Under the pieces are notes generated by a model. It was not told where the DNA came from, made no database searches, and was given only the letters and a program-made list of their open reading frames with translations. A program made the translations under genes and the position numbers. Source: a bacterium (GTDB lineage: Bacteria; Patescibacteriota; Patescibacteriia; SBBB01). From it: DNA of 64,000 nt. Positions 41,755-51,370 of the stretch are shown here, piece by piece. The DNA lies in assembly GCA_005239895.1 (NCBI GenBank), contig SBBB01000027.1, positions 376 through 64,375 of the forward strand. The letters run 5' to 3'. Each line of letters begins with the position of its first letter. Position 1 is the stretch's first letter.

Positions 41755-42933
41755 TTACCTTCCTGTAATTCCAGCCTTTTCCATCCGATCAACCGCCTCC
41801 AAAAGACGCGTTGTTGGGGAAGTGAGAGTCATGCGGATAAATCCTTCTCCTGCTTCTCCAAATCCAATACCAGGTGTTGCCACAATTGATGTCTCGGCAA
41901 GGAGTCGGGACGCGAATTCAGCTGATAATGTATGGGAAGGAATTTTAATCCAGACATAAAAACTGGCCTTGGGTGATTCAATTTGAAATCCCAGTTTTTG
42001 AAGACCTGGAACCAAGACGTCACGACGTTCTTGATAAATTCTTCGAATATTGTTTAATATGTGGTCTTCCGTTTTTAAAGCAGTTATTCCTGCCTCTTGT
42101 ATTGCCTGAAAGACCCCCGAATCCAGATTGCTTTTAACCTTCAGGAGCGCTGCCAATGCTTCTTTATTTCCTACAGCAAAACCAATGCGCCATCCAGTCA
42201 TGTTAAACGTCTTAGAAAGGGAGTGAAACTCAATTCCAACTTCTTTAGCTCCGGGAACTTCCAGAAAACTTAAAGGACGGATATCGTTATAGTAAATTTC
42301 CGAATAAGCTGCGTCATGACAGATCAGGATATTGTAGCGGTTAGCAAAAGCAACGACTGATTCAAAAAATTCGCGAGTTGCGACCGCTGTTGTTGGATTA
42401 TTGGGAGAATTGATGAAAAACATTCGGGCTTTCCTGGCCACTGATTCTGGAATGGAGTGCAAATCAGGTAGAAATCCGTTTTCTTCAAGAAGGGGAACAA
42501 AATAAGACTCGCCCCCGGCAAAGAGAGTTCCGGCATGGTAAACTGGATATCCAGGGTCGGTCATTAGGGCTGTATCACCGGGATTGATAAAAGCCAATGG
42601 TGCATGACCAATTCCTTCCTTTGATCCAATTAATGTAACCACTTCGGTATAAGGATCTAACGCGACATTAAATCGCCCTTGATACCATTGCGCCACGGCC
42701 TCACGAAAGGATGGCATACCTTCGTAAGACGGATACTGATGATTTTTAGGAATGGCTGCTGCTCTCTGTAATCGCTCAATAATTGACGTGGGAGTAGGCA
42801 GGTCTGGATCGCCGATGCCTAAGTTGATAACATCTTTTCCTTCGCGGATCGCTTCCTGCTTCATTGCATCAATTGCGGCAAAAAGATAAGGGGGAAGCTT
42901 TTTAATACGGTCGGCTGGAATAACTTTTGTCAT
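41755..42933 (-). CDS. dapL: LL-diaminopimelate aminotransferase (class I/II PLP)
   Basis: LPPYLFA, GIGDPD, IGSKEG, PNNPT, DAAYSE, SLSKTFNMTGWRIG; adjacent to lysA. Confidence 0.85.
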   Translation of the reverse strand: MTKVIPADRIKKLPPYLFAAIDAMKQEAIREGKDVINLGIGDPDLPTPTSIIERLQRAAAIPKNHQYPSYEGMPSFREAVAQWYQGRFNVALDPYTEVVTLIGSKEGIGHAPLAFINPGDTALMTDPGYPVYHAGTLFAGGESYFVPLLEENGFLPDLHSIPESVARKARMFFINSPNNPTTAVATREFFESVVAFANRYNILICHDAAYSEIYYNDIRPLSFLEVPGAKEVGIEFHSLSKTFNMTGWRIGFAVGNKEALAALLKVKSNLDSGVFQAIQEAGITALKTEDHILNNIRRIYQERRDVLVPGLQKLGFQIESPKASFYVWIKIPSHTLSAEFASRLLAETSIVATPGIGFGEAGEGFIRMTLTSPTTRLLEAVDRMEKAGITGR

Positions 42934-43216
42934 GGTATACCTCCTTTGTTTTTCCACACCCAATAAGTGGAGTTTATCTACTCACTGGCTATTTCCAGTG
43001 ATAGTAGGGCTGTGCTGTTTTCAGTAAAGACCTTAAATTATTAATACAGTATTTAATTTTTGTCAACTTTTTGCTAACAATACTTGTTTTTTTAAAAAAT
43101 TGTGTTAATCTGTAATTAATAGGTTTAATTAACAGGAAGGCTGCCAAAATTACTTTTTGGCAGGAAACTGAAACAACATTGGCTGATGTTAAGCCAGCAA
43201 AGAAAAGGAGGAAATA

Positions 43217-43714
43217 ATGATAATTACAATTTCAGCAGACAGGGTTCGAGAGCTTATTCAACTTCTGAAAAGAAATCAAGAGTTAGATACTGGATATGAG
43301 TATTTAGAAGCTGAGACAGGATACGGTTTCATTATAAAAAATATGACGCCACAGTTTGGGGAGATAAACAAGCTGTTAGATAATAGGGAGCACATTGCTT
43401 TCTTAGATCATATGAAATTACGTGTTGAGTTGGTCACAGGAAACCTTGCGGTTTTTTTATTCCAAAACTTCGTGTCACTCACAATAGATTATTCTAAGAT
43501 GATTGAAGGGGCAAAACCGATATTTGAATATCACCCTTCATCAGAATCAGAAAATTATGTATCTATCAGGAGATATCTCACTGTTGACGACTATAGTGAC
43601 AATGATTCATTAATAAAGATGATTCAAAAAATGATTGAGGAGTGCAAACGTGTTTATCAGGAGTATCACAAAGAGCCTGAGCCAGCGATCATACCTTCTG
43701 TCCTTGGTGCTTAA
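43217..43714 (+). CDS. Hypothetical protein
   Basis: 165-aa ORF, AAGGAGG SD, hairpin 43757-43781. Confidence 0.75.
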   Translation: MIITISADRVRELIQLLKRNQELDTGYEYLEAETGYGFIIKNMTPQFGEINKLLDNREHIAFLDHMKLRVELVTGNLAVFLFQNFVSLTIDYSKMIEGAKPIFEYHPSSESENYVSIRRYLTVDDYSDNDSLIKMIQKMIEECKRVYQEYHKEPEPAIIPSVLGA

Positions 43715-43817
43715 TAACGGATGGCTGAAATTTCTATTTGTATCATTTATTGAAACGGGGGAGTTTTTCAAAGACTCCCCCAAAATGCAAAAAACATTTT
43801 ATTAGTGAAGATAATTT

Positions 43818-44969
43818 ATGAAATTTTTTTCATTTGCAGACAAACGTGAAATATATCGAATACATGTTTTACATTCACTGCGCGGTTTCGCGTCGTCAAT
43901 AATAAGCGTCTATGTTCCTATCTTTCTTTTAACCTTGGGGTATTCGTTATCAAAAGTCATTATATTTTTTATTGTTTTTCACATTACGGGTTTATTATTT
44001 ACCATTTTTGTTTGTCCGATCCTAATTCGCAAATTGGGTCCAGTGCGACTTATAAAAATTTATTATCCCCTGGAAATTAGTTATCTTATTTTACTTAACT
44101 TTCTCTCAGCTTTTCCGTCTTTGTTTTTTGTTATAGCTATAATGGGAGGTCTGGCAATGTTTTCTTATTGGATTCCGGTTAAGATTCTTTTAATCAAAAA
44201 AGCAGAAAAAGAAAAAATGGGAAGTGACTTGGCAAACTTTTTCGTGCTACCAAAAGTATTTGGGATTATCGGACCGCTTATAAGCGCTGGCCTTATACCA
44301 CTCATTGGATTCTGGCCCGTATTTTTAATAGCTATATCCATATTAGTTTTTTCATACTTGCCACTAATTGGTATTAGTGGTAGGGAGATAATACAAAATT
44401 TTGATATTAGATTATCTCGAGTATGGAGTAAATTACGCGAAAGAAAATCATTATTTATACTGGAACTCTTTGACGATATCGTTGGACAGTCGGAGTGGTT
44501 CTGGGGAATTTTTGTTTTTCTTATTATTGGAACCCTTGAAGCTCCTGGGATTGTGGGAAGCCTCAATACTTTAGGTAGCATTATATTTACGATCATAGTT
44601 GGAAAATATGCCAACAAAAATTCTAAGGTTTTAGTACCAATTGCTTCAGTATGTATAGCCATAGTATGGATCGCGCGCGTATTTATTGAAAAAGCTTTAT
44701 CAGCATATCTTATTACTATTGTTGCTTCGTTTGTTATGACATTCTTTTTGGTGTCTTATTTTAGTACGATTTATCGCACGGTGAAAAATCAGCAAGAGGA
44801 GGAATTTCTTATTTTGCGAGAAATACCAATGGTTTTAGGGCGTCTTATTGTTTTTGGAGCAATTTTAATCACTGCCAACAGTCCGCGCTTGTTTTTTGCA
44901 CTCCCTATTTTTGCCACACTCGTATTCCTGGTAGTATTTATGTCAACTAGAGATAAGTTAGCAGCGTAA
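43818..44969 (+). CDS. MFS transporter
   Basis: About 12 hydrophobic segments, MFS-like spacing. Confidence 0.85.
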   Translation: MKFFSFADKREIYRIHVLHSLRGFASSIISVYVPIFLLTLGYSLSKVIIFFIVFHITGLLFTIFVCPILIRKLGPVRLIKIYYPLEISYLILLNFLSAFPSLFFVIAIMGGLAMFSYWIPVKILLIKKAEKEKMGSDLANFFVLPKVFGIIGPLISAGLIPLIGFWPVFLIAISILVFSYLPLIGISGREIIQNFDIRLSRVWSKLRERKSLFILELFDDIVGQSEWFWGIFVFLIIGTLEAPGIVGSLNTLGSIIFTIIVGKYANKNSKVLVPIASVCIAIVWIARVFIEKALSAYLITIVASFVMTFFLVSYFSTIYRTVKNQQEEEFLILREIPMVLGRLIVFGAILITANSPRLFFALPIFATLVFLVVFMSTRDKLAA

Positions 44970-44970
44970 A

Positions 44971-45055
44971 CTATGTCTACACTCACTTCGGCGCGGCCGC
45001 GCTGAGTTGTAGACGGGACAATGTTTAGTTACTTAACAGTCTGACCACTAAGTAA
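44971..45055. repeat. Composite junction: TCTACA...TGTAGA palindrome followed by the 23-bp palindrome
   Basis: 44976-45013 and 45031-45053. Confidence 0.8.
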
Positions 45056-45098
45056 TAGTAGGTTGAAATCTATTAAGAGAAATGGTAGAATTCAAAAT

Positions 45099-45644
45099 AT
45101 GTCTATAAAAATTACTTATTTTGTTCATGGCACTAGTATTGATAATGAAACAGAAATTTCATCTGGGTGGTCTGATGTTGGACTTTCAGAATTAGGTGTA
45201 AAGCAATCAGTTGATTTAAAAGAAAAAATTAAAGATAAAAAATTTGATGTTGTGTTTTGTTCGGACTTGAAACGAGCTGTAGATTCAGCAAAGCTAATAT
45301 TTGAGGGTGAAGTATCGATTATTCCTGACACGCGATTACGAGAGTGCAACTACGGCCTATATACTTCCCAGCCATCGAGTATTGTTGAGCCTATGCACGA
45401 AAAGAGGATAACCGATAAATTTCCAAATGGTGAGAGTTATGAGGATATAAAAGCAAGAATTAACGATTTTCTAAATTTTCTAAAACAAAATTATGATGGC
45501 AAAAGTATTGCTATAGTTGCCCATAAGGCTCCACAACTTGCATTTGATGTTTTACTTAAAGATAAAACTTGGGAAGAAGCGTTTAGGGAAGACTGGCGTA
45601 AAACAAAAGCCTGGAAACCAGGCTGGGAATATATTATGCGTTAA
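45099..45644 (+). CDS. Histidine phosphatase family protein
   Basis: VHG (RHG variant), SDLKRA, LRECNYG, GES, IVAH. Confidence 0.88.
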   Translation: MSIKITYFVHGTSIDNETEISSGWSDVGLSELGVKQSVDLKEKIKDKKFDVVFCSDLKRAVDSAKLIFEGEVSIIPDTRLRECNYGLYTSQPSSIVEPMHEKRITDKFPNGESYEDIKARINDFLNFLKQNYDGKSIAIVAHKAPQLAFDVLLKDKTWEEAFREDWRKTKAWKPGWEYIMR

Positions 45645-45678
45645 GCTTACTTAATTATAAAAGTATATAATATTCAAA

Positions 45679-47622
45679 ATGTCTGATAAAACAAATTTAA
45701 AACATATTTTAATAGTTGTCATTTTAGCTATTTTATTTAGCGGAGGTTTGGTTTGGCAATTTTTGTTAGTACCCAAAGAGTCTTTTTCAGCTATAGACGA
45801 ATCTAATTTATCTAAATTACCAACCAAAGAAATTACGGAGACTTATGATCCCAAGTGGTTTGGAGAATACGTACCGGTTATGAAAGGTGAAGCTGCAAAT
45901 TATAATTATGCTGATCCGGATGCTTTGACATTGCCATCCGGTTATCGTTTATACGTAGAAGAAATGGGAAAACACCAGATTGTGAGTTTTTTCTCTAAGG
46001 ATGGTATTAATTGGAGTCGTGAGACAGGAGTGCGCGTTCATAATGCAGCTTTTGCAGATGCAATATATTTACCTGATGGTCGCGTAAGGATTTACTTTCA
46101 AGGTTTTAAAGCTATTAATAGCGCAATTTCAAATGACGAAGGTTTGTCATTTACTGCAGAGGACGGGGCGCGTGTTCCAACCGGTTGGCACGGAGAACTT
46201 GATGTTGATAATGTTGCTGCGCCAAGCGTTGTGCGTCTAATAGACGGTCGCTATCGTATGTACTATATTGGTCGAAAAATAGATGTTTCATATTGCAATA
46301 ATGTAAAGCACGTTATACTTTCGGCAATTTCTAATGATGGATTAAATTTTAGTCCTGAAAATGGTGTGCGTGTGGCTCCGGAAGATTGGCCTATTACTGC
46401 TCAAATGAAACATTGTAAATGGAGTTACATTGATGGTCCTGAGGTAGTATTGACATCCGAAGGAAACACCAAGCTTTATTTTTGGGGAGCATGCGATGGA
46501 ATTTGTTTGAGTACTTCAAAAGATGGACTAAAGTTTGAGAGAGTTGGTTCAATATTTTCAAATACTCAATTACCAACTGCTCCTAAAGGAAATGCTGGTG
46601 ATCCAGCTACTTTGCAGCTTAAAGATGCGCAGTTATTATTTTACAATAGTGTGCAGAATAATTATCAGAGTGTGTTTATCGCTAAACAAGTGGCGTCTAC
46701 TATTATACCCTTAAAGACTTCAGTTGAAACACCTCAGAAAACAAAAGAGCCAGAGCAAGAATCAAAGAAAAAAAGTTCATCTATTGAATACAAATTTCCA
46801 CCAGTCGTTAATTTTGTAGACACTGCTAGAGATGGTCCCTGGAGTAGAGATTTATGGGTAACTGAGAGTAGTGACGCCACTAATTTTAAGAAAGCTAAAA
46901 TTTTTGTGGAAAGAGCTGGCGTACCTAGTATTACTAGAGATAATAAAGATAGGCTTGTTGTTGCTTTTCAATGGTTTCCAAAAAATAATAAACAAAGTTT
47001 TGATCAAGTAGCTCTGGTTTTTTCAAAAGATTATGGAAAAACTTGGTCGCAACCTCAGCCTATGAAAATTGCAAACTTTCCTCAAGGCTATATGAGGCCT
47101 TTTGATCCCACCATTATTTCTATACCCAACGGTAAAATTCGTATGTACTTTACATCCAAACCTCAAGCTAGTCAGCCATCAATATTTTCAGCTATTTCTG
47201 AGGATGGTATTAATTATATATTTGAGCCAGGAGAAAGGTTTGGGGTGAGGGGTGAAATGGTGATTGATTCAGCAGTTGGTAGAATTGGCAATACTTGGCA
47301 TTTACTTTCGCCGGTTAATATTAAGGGAACTAGGGGCACTGCTTATCATGCGGTTTCAACTGACGGGCTTAGTTTTTCTACCAAGCCAAATATTAAATTT
47401 CAAAAGGATGTTAATTGGATAGGTAATTTATTACTATTTAACAATGGTTTAAGATTTTATGGTTCTAGTCCTAAGATTTGGTGGACATTTACCCAAAAAG
47501 GCGAGAAGTGGACCGAACCGAAATATACGAACATTGTGGGTGGTGATCCAGCCATAATCAAACTTTCTAATAAAAAATATTTAATGATTTATGTTGGTCA
47601 ATCTAAAAAAAGACTGAATTGA
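45679..47622 (+). CDS. Membrane-anchored protein with two beta-propeller (Asp-box, glycosidase-like) domains
   Basis: N-terminal TM; repeated S-x-D-G-x-x-W/F; ADP/GDP blade motifs. Confidence 0.75.
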   Translation: MSDKTNLKHILIVVILAILFSGGLVWQFLLVPKESFSAIDESNLSKLPTKEITETYDPKWFGEYVPVMKGEAANYNYADPDALTLPSGYRLYVEEMGKHQIVSFFSKDGINWSRETGVRVHNAAFADAIYLPDGRVRIYFQGFKAINSAISNDEGLSFTAEDGARVPTGWHGELDVDNVAAPSVVRLIDGRYRMYYIGRKIDVSYCNNVKHVILSAISNDGLNFSPENGVRVAPEDWPITAQMKHCKWSYIDGPEVVLTSEGNTKLYFWGACDGICLSTSKDGLKFERVGSIFSNTQLPTAPKGNAGDPATLQLKDAQLLFYNSVQNNYQSVFIAKQVASTIIPLKTSVETPQKTKEPEQESKKKSSSIEYKFPPVVNFVDTARDGPWSRDLWVTESSDATNFKKAKIFVERAGVPSITRDNKDRLVVAFQWFPKNNKQSFDQVALVFSKDYGKTWSQPQPMKIANFPQGYMRPFDPTIISIPNGKIRMYFTSKPQASQPSIFSAISEDGINYIFEPGERFGVRGEMVIDSAVGRIGNTWHLLSPVNIKGTRGTAYHAVSTDGLSFSTKPNIKFQKDVNWIGNLLLFNNGLRFYGSSPKIWWTFTQKGEKWTEPKYTNIVGGDPAIIKLSNKKYLMIYVGQSKKRLN

Positions 47623-47706
47623 TGTTCCCTTGAACTAACAATATGTTTTATAATTTTAGCAGTCAAAAAATTCAGGGACTTTATACTAAGAGAGCATTCA
47701 AAAGTT

Positions 47707-47729
47707 ACTTAGAAGCAAGGCACCTAAGT
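47707..47729. repeat. ACTTAG-N11-CTAAGT palindrome copy
   Basis: ACTTAGAAGCAAGGCACCTAAGT. Confidence 0.85.
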
Positions 47730-47762
47730 TTTACAAAAATAAATATATTTTAACTTAATATT

Positions 47763-48677
47763 ATGAAAACAATTGTAACTGCCGAAGCTAAGGGAGCAGA
47801 CATAGATGTATTTGCTTGCGCTGTTGCATATGCTGAATTATTGAGCCTTGAAGGTAAAGAATCAATTCCGGTTATTCCTGGAATGTTTACGGCCAGTGTT
47901 ACGCCTTCCATACTTGCTTGGGGCGCAAAATACGAAACCATCTATAGTTCCGATGGTTCTGAAAATTTTGTATTAGTAGATATTTCTGATCCGGATCAAT
48001 TCCCAAGTTTCGTTTTTCATAATCGAATTAGTGAAATATATGATCATAGAAGTGGACACGAAACATATTGGAAGGATAGAATACAAAATAACGCTCATAT
48101 TGAAATGGTTGGCGCGTGTGGAACACTTATTTGGGAACAATTTAAAAAGCGCGCAAAAGAAAAGGATATTAGTATGGTCTCTGCAAAATTATTACTGGCA
48201 TCCATTGTTTCTAATACCCTGGCTTTTAGATCCCTAAATGTTACGGAACGAGATAAAGTTGCGTATGCTGAATTGAGTGCCATCACTGGGCTTTCGGAAG
48301 AGTGGATTCAAAAATATTTTTTAGAGCAAGAAGATATTTTATTAAAAAATTTTGAGCAATATTTGCGGGCTGATACTAAAGTATTTAAAACTGCTTCAGG
48401 TGATTTTGCAATTGGTCAAATTGAAATATGGGATGCGACTGATTTATTGAACACCAGAAAAAATGAACTGGATCACATTATGTCTGAATATGAATCTATG
48501 CCTTGGATTGTTAACATTCCTAATATTTCAAAAGGATTTAATTATGTATATTCAAAAAGTTTGCGGGGCAAAGAAATCATAGAAAAAGTATGTGGTTTAA
48601 AATTTGAGAATGATATTGCTACTACCAAAGGTTTACTTATGCGAAAATATCTCATGAAAGTTTTGAGGGAAGTGTAA
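47763..48677 (+). CDS. DHH-family (Mn-dependent pyrophosphatase-like) protein
   Basis: DID, LVD, YDHR, GACGTL, SNT, DTK, MRK. Confidence 0.8.
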   Translation: MKTIVTAEAKGADIDVFACAVAYAELLSLEGKESIPVIPGMFTASVTPSILAWGAKYETIYSSDGSENFVLVDISDPDQFPSFVFHNRISEIYDHRSGHETYWKDRIQNNAHIEMVGACGTLIWEQFKKRAKEKDISMVSAKLLLASIVSNTLAFRSLNVTERDKVAYAELSAITGLSEEWIQKYFLEQEDILLKNFEQYLRADTKVFKTASGDFAIGQIEIWDATDLLNTRKNELDHIMSEYESMPWIVNIPNISKGFNYVYSKSLRGKEIIEKVCGLKFENDIATTKGLLMRKYLMKVLREV

Positions 48678-48752
48678 TTAGAATTTAATTTTTTGCTTTT
48701 TCTTCGGTTTTATATAACATATAGTTTAGAAAGGTTAAAATAATTGTTTTTT

Positions 48753-49424
48753 ATGAAAAAGATTCAACTTCCTACAGATAAAGCACATAGAATTTTGGCT
48801 CCACGGATAGCATATATAGTTACCACTGTTGATAAACTAGGACGAGTAAACGCAGGTTCTTTCTCAAATCTAACTTCAGTTTCGACTGATCCAGAAAGAT
48901 TAGTACTCGCTGTTTATAAAGCATGGGACACAATAAGAAATATTAGAGCAACGCGTGAATTTGTTGTGAATGTTCCATCAAAAAATTTACTTAGAGAAGT
49001 TTGGATTTGTGGAGATAAATACGCAGGTAATCCAATTCCACCTGGTATTGATGAACTGAAGATCGCAGGGCTTACAGAAATATCGAGTAAGAAGGTAAGG
49101 CCGCCACGTGTTGCCGAGTGTCCTATGCATTTGGAATGCAAAGTTGTTTGGATTAAAAATGTAGGAGACCATTATTTGATTTTGGGCGATATAGTTTCAG
49201 CTTCGTATACTCACGGTGTTTTTGATCAAGATTTTATTCAGATTATTTCAAAAACTTTGCCGTTAATGGAAATCTCGCGAGATTTTTTTACTTCTCCTGG
49301 AAAGGTTGTCACTGTGGGTCGAAAAGAAGTGCGAAAAATAGTAAACCAAGAGTTAGAGAAAATGAATATAAAAGTTTCAAAAAAGTTAAAGATTTACAAG
49401 ATGCTTCGTTGGAGTGAAGAGTAG
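48753..49424 (+). CDS. Flavin reductase family protein
   Basis: APR...VTT...G.VNA, T.RNI..TREFVVN, PPRVAECP..LEC. Confidence 0.88.
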   Translation: MKKIQLPTDKAHRILAPRIAYIVTTVDKLGRVNAGSFSNLTSVSTDPERLVLAVYKAWDTIRNIRATREFVVNVPSKNLLREVWICGDKYAGNPIPPGIDELKIAGLTEISSKKVRPPRVAECPMHLECKVVWIKNVGDHYLILGDIVSASYTHGVFDQDFIQIISKTLPLMEISRDFFTSPGKVVTVGRKEVRKIVNQELEKMNIKVSKKLKIYKMLRWSEE

Positions 49425-49464
49425 AAATACTAGACATTTTCTAAATTAATTATTAAAACCCATT

Positions 49465-50094
49465 ATGATTAAAGCCATACTTTTTGATATTGACGGTGTT
49501 TTGTTAGATTCTTTTGAGGCAAATTTGAAATTTTTTCAAGATTTGATGCTTAGAGCTGGTTATCGCGCGCCTACACGCGAAGAATTTCCAGTAATTTTTC
49601 ATTTAAGTTTGATGGATGCAGTTAGGACTCTTACTAAGTCTGATTCAGAAGAAGAAATTAAAAGAGTATGGGAAATGGGTTATAAGCGCGAAGTTTCATA
49701 TCCTGTAGAATTATTAAATATGCCAGACGGAGCTGATAAGACCATAGCAATATTGAGTAAAAACTATTTACTTGGAATTGTTACTAGTAGAATTAAAGAA
49801 GCTGTTTATGAATCTTCTAAGCTTGCTCGTCTTGAGAAGTATTTTAAGATTGCTGTTGCGTATCAAGATACTATAAATCATAAGCCTCATCCCGAACCAT
49901 TACTTCTTGCAGCTAAAACATTAGAAGTAAATCCCAAAGAGTGTGTTTATATTGGTGATGTTGAAAACGATATTAAAGCTGCTCGCGCAGCTGGAATGAA
50001 AGTTATTATTTATTCTAAACAACAATTTAGTGAAGCTGATAAGTGTACTTCGGTATTTACCAAATTACCGGAATTAATACTAGCGTTGAAGTAA
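49465..50094 (+). CDS. HAD family hydrolase
   Basis: DIDGVL, IVTS, KPHPEP, GD...DI. Confidence 0.92.
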   Translation: MIKAILFDIDGVLLDSFEANLKFFQDLMLRAGYRAPTREEFPVIFHLSLMDAVRTLTKSDSEEEIKRVWEMGYKREVSYPVELLNMPDGADKTIAILSKNYLLGIVTSRIKEAVYESSKLARLEKYFKIAVAYQDTINHKPHPEPLLLAAKTLEVNPKECVYIGDVENDIKAARAAGMKVIIYSKQQFSEADKCTSVFTKLPELILALK

Positions 50095-50186
50095 AATATA
50101 AGTTTTGGATCAACATAGATGAAAATGTCAATGGAAATTATATTGATACTAGGGCTGAAATAAAAATTATTTAATAATGCAAGCCT

Positions 50187-50257
50187 CTATCTACAACTAA
50201 ACGCGGTCGCGCCGAGTTGTAGGCAATCAATTACTTAGGAGCAAGGCACCTAAGTAA
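50187..50257. repeat. Composite junction: TCTACA...TGTAG palindrome followed by the 23-bp palindrome
   Basis: 50190-50224 and 50233-50255. Confidence 0.8.
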
Positions 50258-50328
50258 ACTATTGCGTGTTAATTTTTTAATGAGTAGTATAAATTTACTA
50301 GGTTTGTTTATTATAATTTTAAATAAAT

Positions 50329-50916
50329 ATGAAAACAAGGTTTATTATTGTTGGTGGCTATCCTCATAAAGCCGCGGATGAAGGAAAAGCATTTTGTGAA
50401 GAAGTTGTTAGAGGTTTTCATAATCCAGTTAAGGTTCTTAGTTGTTTATTTGCGCGTCCAATAGAAAATTGGAATATAGCCTTTGCACAAGATAGAGAGT
50501 TTTTTACAAAACATTTATTTAATATAGAAATTGATATCCAGCTAGCTAAACCAAAAACATTTACCGAACAAGTAAGATGGGCAAATTTGATATATATTCG
50601 CGGTGGCACATCAACGCATGCATTGATTGCATTGCTAAAACAGAGCGGTGAATGGCAAAAGGAGTTGATAGGAAAAACAGTTGCTGGTTCGTCTGCAGGA
50701 GCAGAAGCCATGGCGACACATTATTACAATATTGACGATTTAAAACTTGATAGTGGATTAGGGTTAGTTCCAGTTAAAGTAATTGTTCACTGGCGCTCAG
50801 ATTATAACGCACCAAATGTTGATTGGGATAAAGCATACTCAGAGTTACAAAATTATAAAGAAAGTTTGCCAATTCTTACTCTAGCCGAAGGTCAGTTTGA
50901 GGTATATGAAAAATAA
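50329..50916 (+). CDS. Peptidase S51 / type 1 glutamine amidotransferase-like protein
   Basis: IYIRGG, AGSSAGA, GLGL, VHW. Confidence 0.85.
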   Translation: MKTRFIIVGGYPHKAADEGKAFCEEVVRGFHNPVKVLSCLFARPIENWNIAFAQDREFFTKHLFNIEIDIQLAKPKTFTEQVRWANLIYIRGGTSTHALIALLKQSGEWQKELIGKTVAGSSAGAEAMATHYYNIDDLKLDSGLGLVPVKVIVHWRSDYNAPNVDWDKAYSELQNYKESLPILTLAEGQFEVYEK

Positions 50917-50918
50917 AT

Positions 50919-51251
50919 ATGCGTCGTAAAATTTACAACAAATTAATAAGAGATAAAATACCTGAGATTATTAAAAAGAATAAGGCTGTTCCTAAAGTTT
51001 TAGTTTTGAACGCTAAGCAATTCAAAATTGCGTTAAAAGAAAAACTAATAGAGGAAGCGAAAGAATTATTAGCAGCCAAAACTAATAAAGAAATTTTAAA
51101 TGAATTAGCAGATATTTTTGAGTTATTAGAGTCAATTGCCTTAAATAATAATATAACCATGAATCAAATTAAAAAACAAAAAGAGAAAAAGAAAAAAGAG
51201 CAAGGTGGTTTTGATAAAAAACTTTTTTTGAAATATGTTGATGAACTATAA
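50919..51251 (+). CDS. Nucleoside triphosphate pyrophosphohydrolase (MazG-like)
   Basis: YNKLIRDKIPEII, KLIEEAKE, ELADIFE, GGF. Confidence 0.88.
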   Translation: MRRKIYNKLIRDKIPEIIKKNKAVPKVLVLNAKQFKIALKEKLIEEAKELLAAKTNKEILNELADIFELLESIALNNNITMNQIKKQKEKKKKEQGGFDKKLFLKYVDEL

Positions 51252-51302
51252 GGATGCATAATTTTAAGTTTAATTTTTTTTGATTACAAGCATCAACTAC
51301 TC

Positions 51303-51331
51303 TTGACAAAGTGTCAATTATCCTGTATAAT
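51303..51331 (+). promoter_or_regulatory. Consensus sigma70 promoter with an inverted repeat over -35
   Basis: TTGACA-17-TATAAT; TTGACA-AAG-TGTCAA palindrome. Confidence 0.85.
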
Positions 51332-51370
51332 ATATACTTGTTAGTTGAAATTTTGATTTAACAGGCTAAG

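Noticed and set aside
42934-43070. Lysine riboswitch upstream of dapL/lysA
   Set aside because: Leader too short and lacks recognisable lysine riboswitch motifs; only simple hairpins
44971-45015. Canonical attC site
   Set aside because: Too short and no clear L boxes; kept only as a non-canonical candidate
50090-50175. Gene-tail remnant (KYKFWINIDENVNGNYIDTRAEIKII*)
   Set aside because: Short open frame without recognisable homology; could be chance
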